Position numbers and translations under genes: made by a program. A stretch of 39,561 nt of DNA. Origin: a virus. Below the pieces are notes generated by a model. The model was not told the DNA's origin, did no database searches, and was given only the letters and a program-made list of their open reading frames with translations. Positions 1 to 7,312 of this stretch are shown here, piece after piece (position 1 is the first letter of the stretch; every line of letters begins with the position of its first letter). The stretch is from the IMG/VR virus record IMGVR_UViG_3300032004_000032, positions 1 to 39,561 of that record. One strand, written 5' to 3'.

Positions 1-65
1 CCCGGCATGAGGCCGGATCAGGCTGCCTTGCGATGGCCCAGGACTGTTTGGCGAGCCGCTTCGAA
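1..65. repeat. Terminal direct repeat; identical to 39497-39561 (circular closure or assembly overlap)
   Basis: Both ends read directly: cccggcatgaggccggatcaggctgccttgcgatggcccaggactgtttggcgagccgcttcgaa matches 65/65. Confidence 0.95.
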
Positions 66-578
66 CTCGCTGCCAAGGATCTCTGTAGCGCCTTCGATCC
101 TCTCGGAGCCATCCTCAAGACGGACGCTCAGGTTCAAATAGACCGCGCCATCCAGTTCGAAAAACACACCGCCGCCCAACCAAAGGGCGCCAGGGTTGAG
201 GCCAATAGTCTCCCACGCCTCATCCTGGTCAATGCTGGCGGGGCAATGCTCCTTCCAAAGTGCGCTCAGTCGATCATGCTCAGCGACCTGAGTAGCGCGG
301 TCTTCCTTGGATGTGCCTTTGGCCGGCTTGGCACTGGAGCGAAGCGCACGGTAACCGTATTGGTCAGGCCGGCACCAATGGACATCAAGGTCACGGCTTG
401 CGCTGAGCTTGACGCCACCGACATAGCTGCGACTCCCCGAACGCATGGGCGATGTGTCGCCGCCGAAAACTTCGCCCAGCTTGGCCCGCTGTGTATTCCA
501 GGCAGCGCGCTTGGCGTCCCAGGCAATGACTGCGCCCACGACGGAGGGCGCAGTCGTCTTGTAAAGGTAGGTGCTCAT
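18..578 (-). CDS. Hypothetical early-left protein (186 aa)
   Basis: ATG at 578 preceded by GGAGA; long ORF in operon orientation; no motif recognised. Confidence 0.6.
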   Translation of the reverse strand: MSTYLYKTTAPSVVGAVIAWDAKRAAWNTQRAKLGEVFGGDTSPMRSGSRSYVGGVKLSASRDLDVHWCRPDQYGYRALRSSAKPAKGTSKEDRATQVAEHDRLSALWKEHCPASIDQDEAWETIGLNPGALWLGGGVFFELDGAVYLNLSVRLEDGSERIEGATEILGSEFEAARQTVLGHRKAA

Positions 579-686
579 GAATTATCTCCAGTCAGGCGCC
601 GCCCTCCGTGACCGGTGGTGGCAATTTGGGTTGGGTTGGGGTATTACGGGTGACCGGCATGGGGCCGTGACTTTGGAGGCAAGGAT

Positions 687-932
687 ATGCGCTACAAAAT
701 CGGTGAGCATGGTGTTGGCGGGCGGAACGAATCTTGGTATTTCGTTGAGTACGAGCCTGAAACCGGGAAGGCGTTCTGGGTGCGCGAATGGGACAATGTC
801 GATTACAAGCTCAATCACAGCGCTGGCGAAAACAAGACCCCACTGGAAGAAGCTTCCGGGAAGAGCTTCTATGTTGAGGCCCTAGAAGTTATTCAGAAAA
901 ACCATCCAGAATGGCAGCCGCTCAAGGGCTGA
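687..932 (+). CDS. Hypothetical 81-aa protein, encoded opposite to the surrounding leftward operon
   Basis: ATG 687 with GGAGG 8 nt upstream; convergent with 922..1281(-). Confidence 0.55.
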   Translation: MRYKIGEHGVGGRNESWYFVEYEPETGKAFWVREWDNVDYKLNHSAGENKTPLEEASGKSFYVEALEVIQKNHPEWQPLKG

Positions 933-1281
933 TGATTTCGTCGTCAGGCTCTGGCGGATCGTCGGCGAGCGACTTCCGTCCGGCATCTTGGATAAGTCGC
1001 GACACCTTTTCAGTAACAACGAAAGGTGTCGTTTTGATGCGCAGCATTGCGGCCTGGGTTTCGAAGTCCGCCGCGATCAGGTTCATCAGCAGCCGCTGGT
1101 GAACGTCCTGCTGGTTGTCGATGCCGTGGGCTTTCATGACCCGCTGCAGGTCCGCCTTGAAGACCCCGGCCACCTCAACCGTAAACTTCTCGATGCCCAG
1201 GGCGGCAGCCTTCGCCGCTGCCTTCTCGCGCTTTCGGCGCTGCTTGAGTGCTTCCGCCGTCGGCTGGTCTTCCTCGGCCAT
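922..1281 (-). CDS. Hypothetical protein (119 aa), basic N-terminus
   Basis: ATG 1281 with AAGGAGA upstream. Confidence 0.6.
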   Translation of the reverse strand: MAEEDQPTAEALKQRRKREKAAAKAAALGIEKFTVEVAGVFKADLQRVMKAHGIDNQQDVHQRLLMNLIAADFETQAAMLRIKTTPFVVTEKVSRLIQDAGRKSLADDPPEPDDEIISP

Positions 1282-1362
1282 AGCCGTCTCCTTCGATTCC
1301 GCTGGCGGGGATGTCCAGCCATGTTTGTCTTCGGCGCTGGCGCACCTGGTTGTTGACCCGCT

Positions 1363-1677
1363 TCATGACGGCTCGGCGAACCGGAACCCGTTTTCTCTGC
1401 CGATCAGCTGAACGCGCTTTATGTGCATCTTCAGGGCGACGGCGATCTGGCTTACCGTCTTGCCGGCCTCGGCCAGCTCCCGCACCTGGGGCGCGATCCT
1501 GTCGCGCTGCGCACGGAGCTTGTTGTGGTGGACGGTGGTGCCGATGAAAGGGACTTCGGCGCTGACGCCGCTTTCGATCTGCTGGATGGTCTTCCCGCTG
1601 CCGAAGAACTGCTCCATCTTCTGGCTCAGGTCCTGGATGATTGCGTCCCGCGGGTTGGGCATTGGCTCGCCGATCAT
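1363..1677 (-). CDS. Putative helix-turn-helix DNA-binding protein (104 aa)
   Basis: Internal ATG 1677 overlaps the stop of the upstream gene (ATGA). C-terminal GKTVSQIAVALKMHIKRVQLIGRENGF looks like an HTH. Confidence 0.5.
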   Translation of the reverse strand: MIGEPMPNPRDAIIQDLSQKMEQFFGSGKTIQQIESGVSAEVPFIGTTVHHNKLRAQRDRIAPQVRELAEAGKTVSQIAVALKMHIKRVQLIGRENGFRFAEPS

Positions 1678-2036
1678 TGGTGCGCTCCGTAGTAGGCGAA
1701 GATCGCCAGAATCACGGACATACCGACCATCCACCGCAGCATCGATCTTGCGAAGTGCCGGCCAGCCAGGCGAACGGACTCGAAGTAGATCGCGTTGTCC
1801 TCGAGCTTTTGGGCGAACTGGCATGCGGTGTCGTGACCGGATCGGGCGCCGCGGGAAGTACCGGTAGCTCGCTCGACAACATCGAAGCTGTTGTTGCCGC
1901 GCGGCACTACGTTGAAGCGAGGCTGCCTGACGGGCTCGTCGCGGCCAATCTTCTGGTACATCTCCGATGTGGAAAGGGCAACGCGCTCCCGCATCACCTG
2001 CAGGAAAGCTTGTTTGTGGCGAATGGTTTGGTTCAT
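1674..2036 (-). CDS. Hypothetical protein with C-terminal transmembrane helix (120 aa)
   Basis: ATG 2036 with GAGGGA upstream; C-terminal MLRWMVGMSVILAIFAYY is hydrophobic. Confidence 0.55.
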   Translation of the reverse strand: MNQTIRHKQAFLQVMRERVALSTSEMYQKIGRDEPVRQPRFNVVPRGNNSFDVVERATGTSRGARSGHDTACQFAQKLEDNAIYFESVRLAGRHFARSMLRWMVGMSVILAIFAYYGAHQ

Positions 2037-2060
2037 GGCTGATCCCTCGGTGGTGCAGGC

Positions 2061-2088
2061 GTAAAAAAGCCCGATCGAGATCGGGCTT
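2061..2088 (-). terminator. Intrinsic terminator for leftward transcription (tL-like)
   Basis: Minus strand reads aagcccga-tctcga-tcgggctt followed by tttt. The plus-strand reading lacks a U-tract. Confidence 0.6.
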
Positions 2089-2090
2089 CG

Positions 2091-2667
2091 GTTGGCTTCA
2101 CAAACGCCTCCGTATGTGAGCGCTGGGTGCCTTCGTTGGAAGGGCTTGGGTCTGGGCTATTTCATGGCGTTGATCCTCCGTTGTTCGCTCACTGGGCAGG
2201 CAGTGGCCACCTTCGAAGCTGCATTGGAATGTCGGTCCTGACCAAGATGCCTAACTACGTCCGCCCGTTCGCATACAAACCGTTGGCCTGGATCAGCTTC
2301 TTTCATGGGGCGCCGACATTCCGATGTAGCCTCTTTCGAGGTGCTCGGGCTGGTGTCCTATGGCAAAACCAGCAATGCCCCAACTACGTCTCTAGTTGGC
2401 AGAAGTGATGCAGGGGGCCGCTTTCGCGGTGTGTTCTCGTCCGCATCGGAGAGTGATCGAAACACCAAGGCGCTACCCCTGCTTGTTTCCCGCCGCGTTT
2501 TTGGTATTGGCCGTCTTGCTCATACCGGCCCAGGACATTCACGGGGCTTTGCGATCCTAGCGCTGCAGCCCGCTTGGGCACGCTTCGATCACTCTCCGAT
2601 GCGGCCTGGTGCTGGGGAGTACCAGGTGCTCGGGCAGTTAACGACAGGCTGTCGTGGCGCTGGTTGT
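2091..2667 (-). other. ORF-poor 0.58-kb stretch between ORF 2668..2940 and the tL-like terminator; candidate structured RNA or long 3'UTR
   Basis: Only short, non-protein-like ORFs in all frames. Hairpins at 2380-2399 and 2605-2626. 21-bp long-range inverted repeat. 12-bp direct repeat aggtgctcgggc at 2339-2350 and 2624-2635. Confidence 0.35.
2441..2604. repeat. Perfect 21-bp inverted repeat (2441-2461 / 2584-2604) closing a 122-nt spacer
   Basis: ccgcatcggagagtgatcgaa versus ttcgatcactctccgatgcgg, exact reverse complements. Confidence 0.9.
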
Positions 2668-2940
2668 TCAGTCGTCGTCGCTGGCTTCGATCATCTTTTC
2701 AATGTCGGCGGCGACCGGCTTCTTCCAGTTCTTGATCTGCCCTGTCTCCAGATCGATGTTCAACATCAGGTAGTCGCCGTAGTGCTCGCCCGGGAAGAAA
2801 TCTGGAACGTAGCCTGTGTAGGCAGCCACCTCATCGCCCTGGGCGTCATGAAGAGTTGCGCATACCTGATCGCGGACTTTCATGTAGGTGCGCAGCTCAG
2901 TCACATCGACCTGAACCGTCTTCTGCTGATTGATTTGCAT
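2668..2940 (-). CDS. Small acidic phage protein (90 aa; alternative upstream ATG at 2994 gives 108 aa)
   Basis: ATG 2940 has GGAGA 6 nt upstream; ATG 2994 has no SD. High third-position GC. The upstream extension would add a basic SQKKRRQR stretch. Confidence 0.7.
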   Translation of the reverse strand: MQINQQKTVQVDVTELRTYMKVRDQVCATLHDAQGDEVAAYTGYVPDFFPGEHYGDYLMLNIDLETGQIKNWKKPVAADIEKMIEASDDD

Positions 2941-2994
2941 GCGTTGTCTCCGTTTCTTTTGGCTTTCAAATACCTCCCGGGGTGTGAGAGGCAT

Positions 2995-3535
2995 TTGTAA
3001 AGCCAGATGGCCGACCTGAAACAGCAGGGGGCCATCTGATATCCGGTCCCGCTACTGGCGTCAGACCGGAGCTACTTCGTCAGCGGTGAGTGCGCCGGTT
3101 GCCCGCTGCTGATTGCAGGGCTGGCTTTCGTTGGGTGGGCGTCGAGCTTCCTCCCCGTGGCGTCAATCAGCACCTGTTCGCCACGGATCAAAGGTCCTTA
3201 CAACATGCACGCTACAGCTCTGTGCGCCCGACTGAGTGGGGCAGGGTGCATGAGGTCCGGCGTTCCCAGCCGAGGCTATCGGGACCGCTAATTCGATTCG
3301 GTGTCTCTCCCTTCTGCCGCTGGGATTCGCGGGGCGCATTGCATGCCGGGTCGTTCACTCGGTTCTGGCGTTTCACCATCGAGCAGCCGTCCAGGTTGTT
3401 CCTGTCGTTGGCAGGCTTTCGGGCCTGTCTGCTCGCCGGTCGCCGGTAGAGGCAATGCGGTCTGTTGTTTGTTGCGCTGGTTGTTAAAGAGCGGCAGGCG
3501 TTGTGGCCCTGGCGCTTCGGTGTTTGCCGTTGCGA
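2995..3535 (-). other. About 540-nt untranslated leader of the PL transcript; candidate structured RNA
   Basis: Lies between the predicted PL start and the first well-supported ORF. Hairpins at 3004-3012/3030-3038, 3042-3048/3064-3070, 3155-3162/3179-3186 and 3412-3427. Confidence 0.4.
3481..3493 (-). promoter_or_regulatory. BoxA-like antitermination element (nutL-like)
   Basis: Minus strand reads CGCTCTTTAACAA, 12/13 to the rrn BoxA consensus TGCTCTTTAACAA, about 45 nt downstream of the predicted PL start. Confidence 0.55.
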
Positions 3536-3542
3536 TGGATTC

Positions 3543-3571
3543 AATTTAGAAAACTAAACAGAAGGCGTCAA
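3543..3571 (-). promoter_or_regulatory. PL-like early leftward promoter
   Basis: Minus strand TTGACG-17 nt-TAAATT; overlapped by an operator-like palindrome. Confidence 0.6.
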
Positions 3572-3592
3572 CATTTATTTTAGAAAACTTAA
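3545..3592. promoter_or_regulatory. Two OL operator-like sites (3545-3558 TTTAGAAAACTAAA; 3579-3592 TTTAGAAAACTTAA)
   Basis: TTTAG-N4-CTAAA dyad, the same motif as the three sites between cI and cro. Confidence 0.6.
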
Positions 3593-3637
3593 CAAGCCGG
3601 ACGAGACCAGCTGGATCGGGAAGATAAAAATCCAGGC

Positions 3638-3666
3638 TTACGGTTTATAAAAAGGTGAGGTATCCT
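3638..3666 (+). promoter_or_regulatory. Possible promoter for 3711..4028
   Basis: TTACGG-17 nt-TATCCT. Confidence 0.3.
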
Positions 3667-3710
3667 CGCCCTAAATGCTGTACATGCATACAGTCATCAA
3701 AGGGGGCGAT

Positions 3711-4028
3711 ATGGCGAACAAGAAGCAGGCTAAGCCGGCTGAAAGGAAGGAAATTAGCGGACTAGAACGTCTGGGGCTGCGGGTATCTTCAATGATCAAT
3801 CATCCGATCGCCCAGGAGCAGCGGTGGGTAACGATCCATCGCCTGGATACAGATGGGGACCGCGAGTGGGATCAGGTGATGGGCCTGCTTTCGGAGACGG
3901 ATGGCATAGAGATGACCTTCAACGACGACGGGTCGGTCACGCTGAGGTGGGAAGCATCATCCGAGGATGATCCACAGGTCGAAGCGTGTGAAGAATTGAT
4001 CACAATGGAGGAGCCAGCACCGTTTTAG
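3711..4028 (+). CDS. Hypothetical 105-aa acidic protein between OL and cI (immunity-region cargo)
   Basis: ATG 3711 with AAGGGGG upstream; followed by a hairpin terminator; convergent with cI. Confidence 0.6.
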   Translation: MANKKQAKPAERKEISGLERLGLRVSSMINHPIAQEQRWVTIHRLDTDGDREWDQVMGLLSETDGIEMTFNDDGSVTLRWEASSEDDPQVEACEELITMEEPAPF

Positions 4029-4036
4029 CACACAGC

Positions 4037-4063
4037 AAAAAGCCCGCGATTGGCGGGCTTTCG
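4037..4063. terminator. Hairpin terminator between convergent genes
   Basis: aaagcccgc-gattg-gcgggcttt, flanked by an A-run on the left and a T-run on the right. Confidence 0.6.
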
Positions 4064-4086
4064 AATACTGGTGTTCCTGACGAAAT

Positions 4087-4932
4087 TCAGACCTTGCGTG
4101 CATTCCATACAAGCAAAACCTTGGCATGGATTACGACGTCATCAATTCTTGCGGTCTGGTTCTCGTAATGCTGATTGTCTGAAATCAACCGGTAATGCTC
4201 TTCGTCCAAACGCATGACTCGCTTGATGTATAGCTCCTGGTGCCAAGTCAGAAGGTAGATGCCTTCCCCAATGAAATCTTTGATCCCCCTATCAACTACA
4301 ACCAAATCCTTGTCATTGATCGTGCTTTCCATCGACTGGCCCCAACCGGTGATCATCGCCAGGGACGTAGTAGAGGTATAAGTCACGCCTTTTTCACGCA
4401 GCATTTCCTCGCGGACTACCAGATTTCGCACCGCCTCGTTGTAGTCGGCTGGTACCTGACCATGGCCCATCGCACCGCGTACGTCATATTGAGGAATTAA
4501 AATTTCGTCTTGCTTGGGCCGAAGGTTCGAGTAATTCGCCGGCAAAAATGCATTATTCGCTGCGACTGGATCATCCGCTTCGGCAGCAGCTGCCAACATC
4601 GTTTCCCTGGCTTTCTCCGATAGCTTCTTGCCTGCCTTTGAAGCAAGCATCTGCGCGACCAGATCTGCGGTCGAAGCTACTGACTTCGTGTCCTCATCTG
4701 TTGCGATGCCCGGCTCTCCGGACCCATCCGACAGCCAATCAGGCGAACATTCCAAGACGCGGGCCAGGGTCAGGAGGTTTTTCCCCTTGGCCCCGTTGGT
4801 TCCGCTCACCCAAAAGCTGACCGTCGCTTTTGATACGCCAGTCAGCTTGCTGATGTCAGTCGCGGTGAGGTTCAGAGCCCTCATGCGCGCTGTTACTCGG
4901 TCTTTAAATTCCATATTTAGGATTCTAAACAT
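4087..4932 (-). CDS. cI: CI-type repressor: N-terminal XRE-family HTH plus C-terminal S24/LexA-like autopeptidase domain
   Basis: LTATDISKLTGVSKATVSFWVSG is an HTH. C-terminal GQSMESTI...VVVDR...LYIKRV resembles an S24 fold. Divergent from cro. ATG 4932 sits at the predicted PRM +1 (leaderless); alternative ATG at 4914. Confidence 0.8.
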   Translation of the reverse strand: MFRILNMEFKDRVTARMRALNLTATDISKLTGVSKATVSFWVSGTNGAKGKNLLTLARVLECSPDWLSDGSGEPGIATDEDTKSVASTADLVAQMLASKAGKKLSEKARETMLAAAAEADDPVAANNAFLPANYSNLRPKQDEILIPQYDVRGAMGHGQVPADYNEAVRNLVVREEMLREKGVTYTSTTSLAMITGWGQSMESTINDKDLVVVDRGIKDFIGEGIYLLTWHQELYIKRVMRLDEEHYRLISDNQHYENQTARIDDVVIHAKVLLVWNARKV

Positions 4933-4976
4933 TTCGATGTTTAGATAACTTGCCTTGTAGTGTTAAGAACTCTAAA
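4916..4976. promoter_or_regulatory. Three OR operator-like sites (4916-4929, 4940-4953, 4963-4976)
   Basis: TTTAGGATTCTAAA, TTTAGATAACTTGC (degenerate right half) and TTAAGAACTCTAAA. Confidence 0.6.
4938..4966 (-). promoter_or_regulatory. PRM-like promoter for cI
   Basis: Minus strand TTAACA-17 nt-TAAACA; the -10 ends 5 nt before ATG 4932. Confidence 0.45.
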
Positions 4977-4978
4977 CT
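4950..4978 (+). promoter_or_regulatory. PR-like early rightward promoter
   Basis: TTGCCT-17 nt-TAAACT, overlapped by operator 4963-4976. Confidence 0.55.
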
Positions 4979-5005
4979 CGCCGAAGACAATGGAGACTTA
5001 CCCCC

Positions 5006-5212
5006 ATGACCTACGACGAAGCCCTGAAACATTTCCGCACCGGCCGCGCCATCGGTGACGCACTCCGTGTTAGCGGAAGCCGCGTTTCCCAGTGCCGAGC
5101 GGCGGGCGGATTCTCGTACCCAATGCAATGCGTTCTTGAAAAAGAATCCGGCGGCACATTGGTCGCTAAACGTGACGATGACCCGGCCCAGGTGATGAAG
5201 CAAACCGCGTAG
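5006..5212 (+). CDS. cro: Cro-like small DNA-binding regulator (68 aa)
   Basis: First gene after PR, divergent from cI; GGAGA SD; small HTH-like protein. Confidence 0.7.
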   Translation: MTYDEALKHFRTGRAIGDALRVSGSRVSQCRAAGGFSYPMQCVLEKESGGTLVAKRDDDPAQVMKQTA

Positions 5213-5233
5213 GCCTTGGGAAACATTTTGCAA

Positions 5234-5249
5234 TGCGTGATGGCACGCA
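5234..5249 (+). promoter_or_regulatory. Small hairpin between cro and the cII-like gene (possible boxB-like element)
   Basis: tgcgtg-atgg-cacgca, 6-bp stem. Confidence 0.2.
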
Positions 5250-5278
5250 GCCACTGAAACAGAATCGAGGTTTTACGA

Positions 5279-5701
5279 ATGGACGAATTTCTGCGGGCTT
5301 GCCAAAGCGCGGTCCTGGACAACGAAGCAAAGGTTCTGGCTGGCCAGATGGGAGTTCCCCACGTCAGCCTCCTGCAACGTGCGAATCCGGACAACGACGC
5401 CCATCACCTGACCATCGAACACCTGTTCGGGATCCTGTTGCATACGGGCGACATGCGTCCGCTTGCAGCCCTGGCTGATCAGTTCGGTTTCGACCTGGTC
5501 AGGAAGGAAGCACCCGAGCCGAAAGCGCTAACCGCTTCGATGATGCACGTCGGCAAGGAAATCGCCGACCTGACCCTGGCGGTGCACAGCGCACTCTCTG
5601 ACGGTCGGGTGACCCAGATCGAGAAGCAAGCCATCCGCAAAGAAATCGATCACGTCCGTCACGAACTGAACGTGATGGAGCAGTCGGTGAAGGTTGCCTG
5701 A
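5279..5701 (+). CDS. CII-like phage regulatory protein (140 aa)
   Basis: Position after cro; resembles the phage regulatory CII (CP76-type) family from memory. Confidence 0.5.
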   Translation: MDEFLRACQSAVLDNEAKVLAGQMGVPHVSLLQRANPDNDAHHLTIEHLFGILLHTGDMRPLAALADQFGFDLVRKEAPEPKALTASMMHVGKEIADLTLAVHSALSDGRVTQIEKQAIRKEIDHVRHELNVMEQSVKVA

Positions 5702-5717
5702 ATAGCAGGCACAAAAA

Positions 5718-5747
5718 AGCCGGGTTGCAGCCCGGCTCTTTCAACAA
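5718..5747 (+). terminator. Hairpin (tR1-like) overlapping a BoxA-like sequence
   Basis: agccggg-ttgcag-cccggct followed by cttt. Bases 5735-5747 GCTCTTTCAACAA equal BoxA with one inserted C. Confidence 0.45.
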
Positions 5748-5771
5748 CTTGTAAAACACAGTGGGGCCATT

Positions 5772-6515
5772 ATGAACATCAACACCGCTCCCGGCAATAC
5801 CCGCCATGTCGCGACACTTTTGGGACCATCACAAAAGGTGTCGTGTCACACCATGTCGTCACGCGAGATCGCCGAACTCACCGGCAGCAGCCACGACAAC
5901 GTCCTAAAAACCATCCGGGCATACGTCGCGAAGGGTGTCGTTTCTTCAAACGACACCCCCTACGTCCACCCGCAGAACGGCCAGGTCTATCGTGAATTCC
6001 TGCTGACCCAGCGTGACACCCTGGTGGTGGTCTCGGGCTACAGCGTTGAGCTGCGCGCCAAGATCATCGACCGCTGGCAGGAACTGGAAGCGCAGGTCGG
6101 ACAGTTCCAGATCCCGGCGACCTACGCCGAGGCGCTGCAAGCTGCTGCGGATCAGGCCCGCGACAACCAGTCGTTGCGTCTGGTGATCCTGGACCAGGAA
6201 CCCAAGGTCGCAGCCATCAAGCGCCTTGCCGCCGCCGGCGGTGCGATCTGCATCACCGATACCGCGAAGCAGTTGCAAGTCCAGCCGGCGAAGCTATTCG
6301 CCTGGCTGGAACAGCACCGTTGGATCTACCGCCGCAAAGGCTCAAGGCGGTGGGTCGCTTATCAGCCTCGTATCACCTCCGGCTACATGGTCCACAAGGT
6401 CACCGCGTTGAAGCCAGACCGAGAGACCGGCATCGAGCGCGCCGCGTTCGACCCAATGATCACCCCCAAAGGCCTTGCCTACTTGGCCGAAAAGAATATC
6501 GGAGCCTCGCTGTGA
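5772..6515 (+). CDS. Rha-family / KilAC-domain antirepressor-like regulator
   Basis: SSREIAELTGSSHDNVLKTIR is Rha-like. The C-terminal half PKVAAIKRLAAAGGAICITDTAKQL...LFAWL is KilAC/ANT-like. Confidence 0.65.
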   Translation: MNINTAPGNTRHVATLLGPSQKVSCHTMSSREIAELTGSSHDNVLKTIRAYVAKGVVSSNDTPYVHPQNGQVYREFLLTQRDTLVVVSGYSVELRAKIIDRWQELEAQVGQFQIPATYAEALQAAADQARDNQSLRLVILDQEPKVAAIKRLAAAGGAICITDTAKQLQVQPAKLFAWLEQHRWIYRRKGSRRWVAYQPRITSGYMVHKVTALKPDRETGIERAAFDPMITPKGLAYLAEKNIGASL

Positions 6516-7312
6516 GCGTTCAAGCAATGTCATGGGCGCTGTCGTTGCCCGTTCAAACCCTGAAGGATTCCAGCGCGCGCCACGTGCTGCTGTGCCTTGC
6601 CAACTATGCCGGGTCCAACGGTTCCGGTGCCTTTCCATCGGCCACCACTCTGGCCCAGGACACTGGACTGTCCGAGCGCACCGTGCGTTACAAGCTGGAC
6701 GTTCTAGAAGAGTCGGGGTTGATCAAAAAGGGCAACCAGGCCATCGCCGCCGTTCACATTGATCGCCACGACCGCCGCCCAGTGGTTTACGACCTTCAGC
6801 TTATGCGGGGTGCAAATCCTGCACCCCGTGTAGAGCGGGGTGCAAATGACGCAACGGGGTGCAACTCACAACAGAACGGGGTGCAGCCTGAGACAGAACG
6901 GGGTGCAGAATCTGCACCCAATACGTCAATTAACCATCAAGTAACCGAAGAGCAGCAGCAGCGCGAGATTGATTCCGCTATCGCAAACCAAGATCAAGCT
7001 GCCGTCGACTCGCAAGACGCCCGTCAGCGCTTTGCCATGTTCACCACTTGGGTTCCGAACGAGAAGGCTCTTGCTGATCAACTCGCAATCGCTGGACTGC
7101 CCGGTGACTCGGTGACGCCCGAAGCACTGGCCGGTTTCAAAGGCTTCTTCGTCGCCAAGTCCGGAACCTTCGACAGCGCGGCAGGCTGGTGCTATCGGCT
7201 GGTCGCCTGGGTGAAGCGCGAACGCGTGAAGGCCGCTGGTTCTGCATCCACTGACGCCCCGGACGAGTTCGACGACGAAGACACCGCCTGGATGAAAGGA
7301 GCGTCGAAATGA
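6512..7312 (+). CDS. Replication initiator, O-like (wHTH N-terminus; iterons inside the gene)
   Basis: GTG 6512 has GGAG 7 nt upstream and a GTGA overlap with the upstream stop (alternative ATG 6527). MSWALSLPV...ARHVLLCLANYAG...LSERTVRYKLDVLEESGLI. Embedded iterons. Confidence 0.65.
   Translation: MSVQAMSWALSLPVQTLKDSSARHVLLCLANYAGSNGSGAFPSATTLAQDTGLSERTVRYKLDVLEESGLIKKGNQAIAAVHIDRHDRRPVVYDLQLMRGANPAPRVERGANDATGCNSQQNGVQPETERGAESAPNTSINHQVTEEQQQREIDSAIANQDQAAVDSQDARQRFAMFTTWVPNEKALADQLAIAGLPGDSVTPEALAGFKGFFVAKSGTFDSAAGWCYRLVAWVKRERVKAAGSASTDAPDEFDDEDTAWMKGASK
6806..6920. repeat. Putative ori: five direct CGGGGTGCA(A/G) iterons plus inverted copies
   Basis: Direct copies start at 6806, 6836, 6855, 6877 and 6899. 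Inverted copies tgcaccccg at 6821-6829 and tgcaccc at about 6913-6919. AT-richer DNA follows. Confidence 0.7.

Noticed and set aside
1-65. Terminal repeat as a biological direct terminal repeat or an att duplication
   Set aside because: The cos-type terminase genes and an operon running straight through the junction favour an assembly overlap. This cannot be settled without reads.
2441-2604. 21-bp inverted repeats as the ends of a MITE or IS remnant
   Set aside because: There is no target-site duplication at the outer borders and no transposase nearby.
2941-2994. Arginine-rich SQKKRRQR stretch as an N-type RNA-binding motif (start at 2994)
   Set aside because: The same nucleotides provide the GGAGA Shine-Dalgarno for ATG 2940, and ATG 2994 has no SD. 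The shorter protein is therefore more likely.
2305-3000. 231-aa plus-strand ORF spanning the non-coding region and the antisense of ORF 2668..2940
   Set aside because: The opposite-strand gene has an SD and high GC3, while this frame reads as low-complexity sequence.
3212-3544. 110-codon basic ORF right after PL as a lambda-N analogue
   Set aside because: Its TTG start lies inside the predicted -10 element, it contains the BoxA, and the first ATG (3379) has a poor SD. GC3 of about 71% keeps it as a low-confidence possibility, so it appears only inside a finding.
2041-3674. Retron, CRISPR-like or tRNA-like element in the non-coding stretches
   Set aside because: There is no reverse transcriptase, no regularly spaced repeats, and I could not recognise a cloverleaf or T-arm motif.
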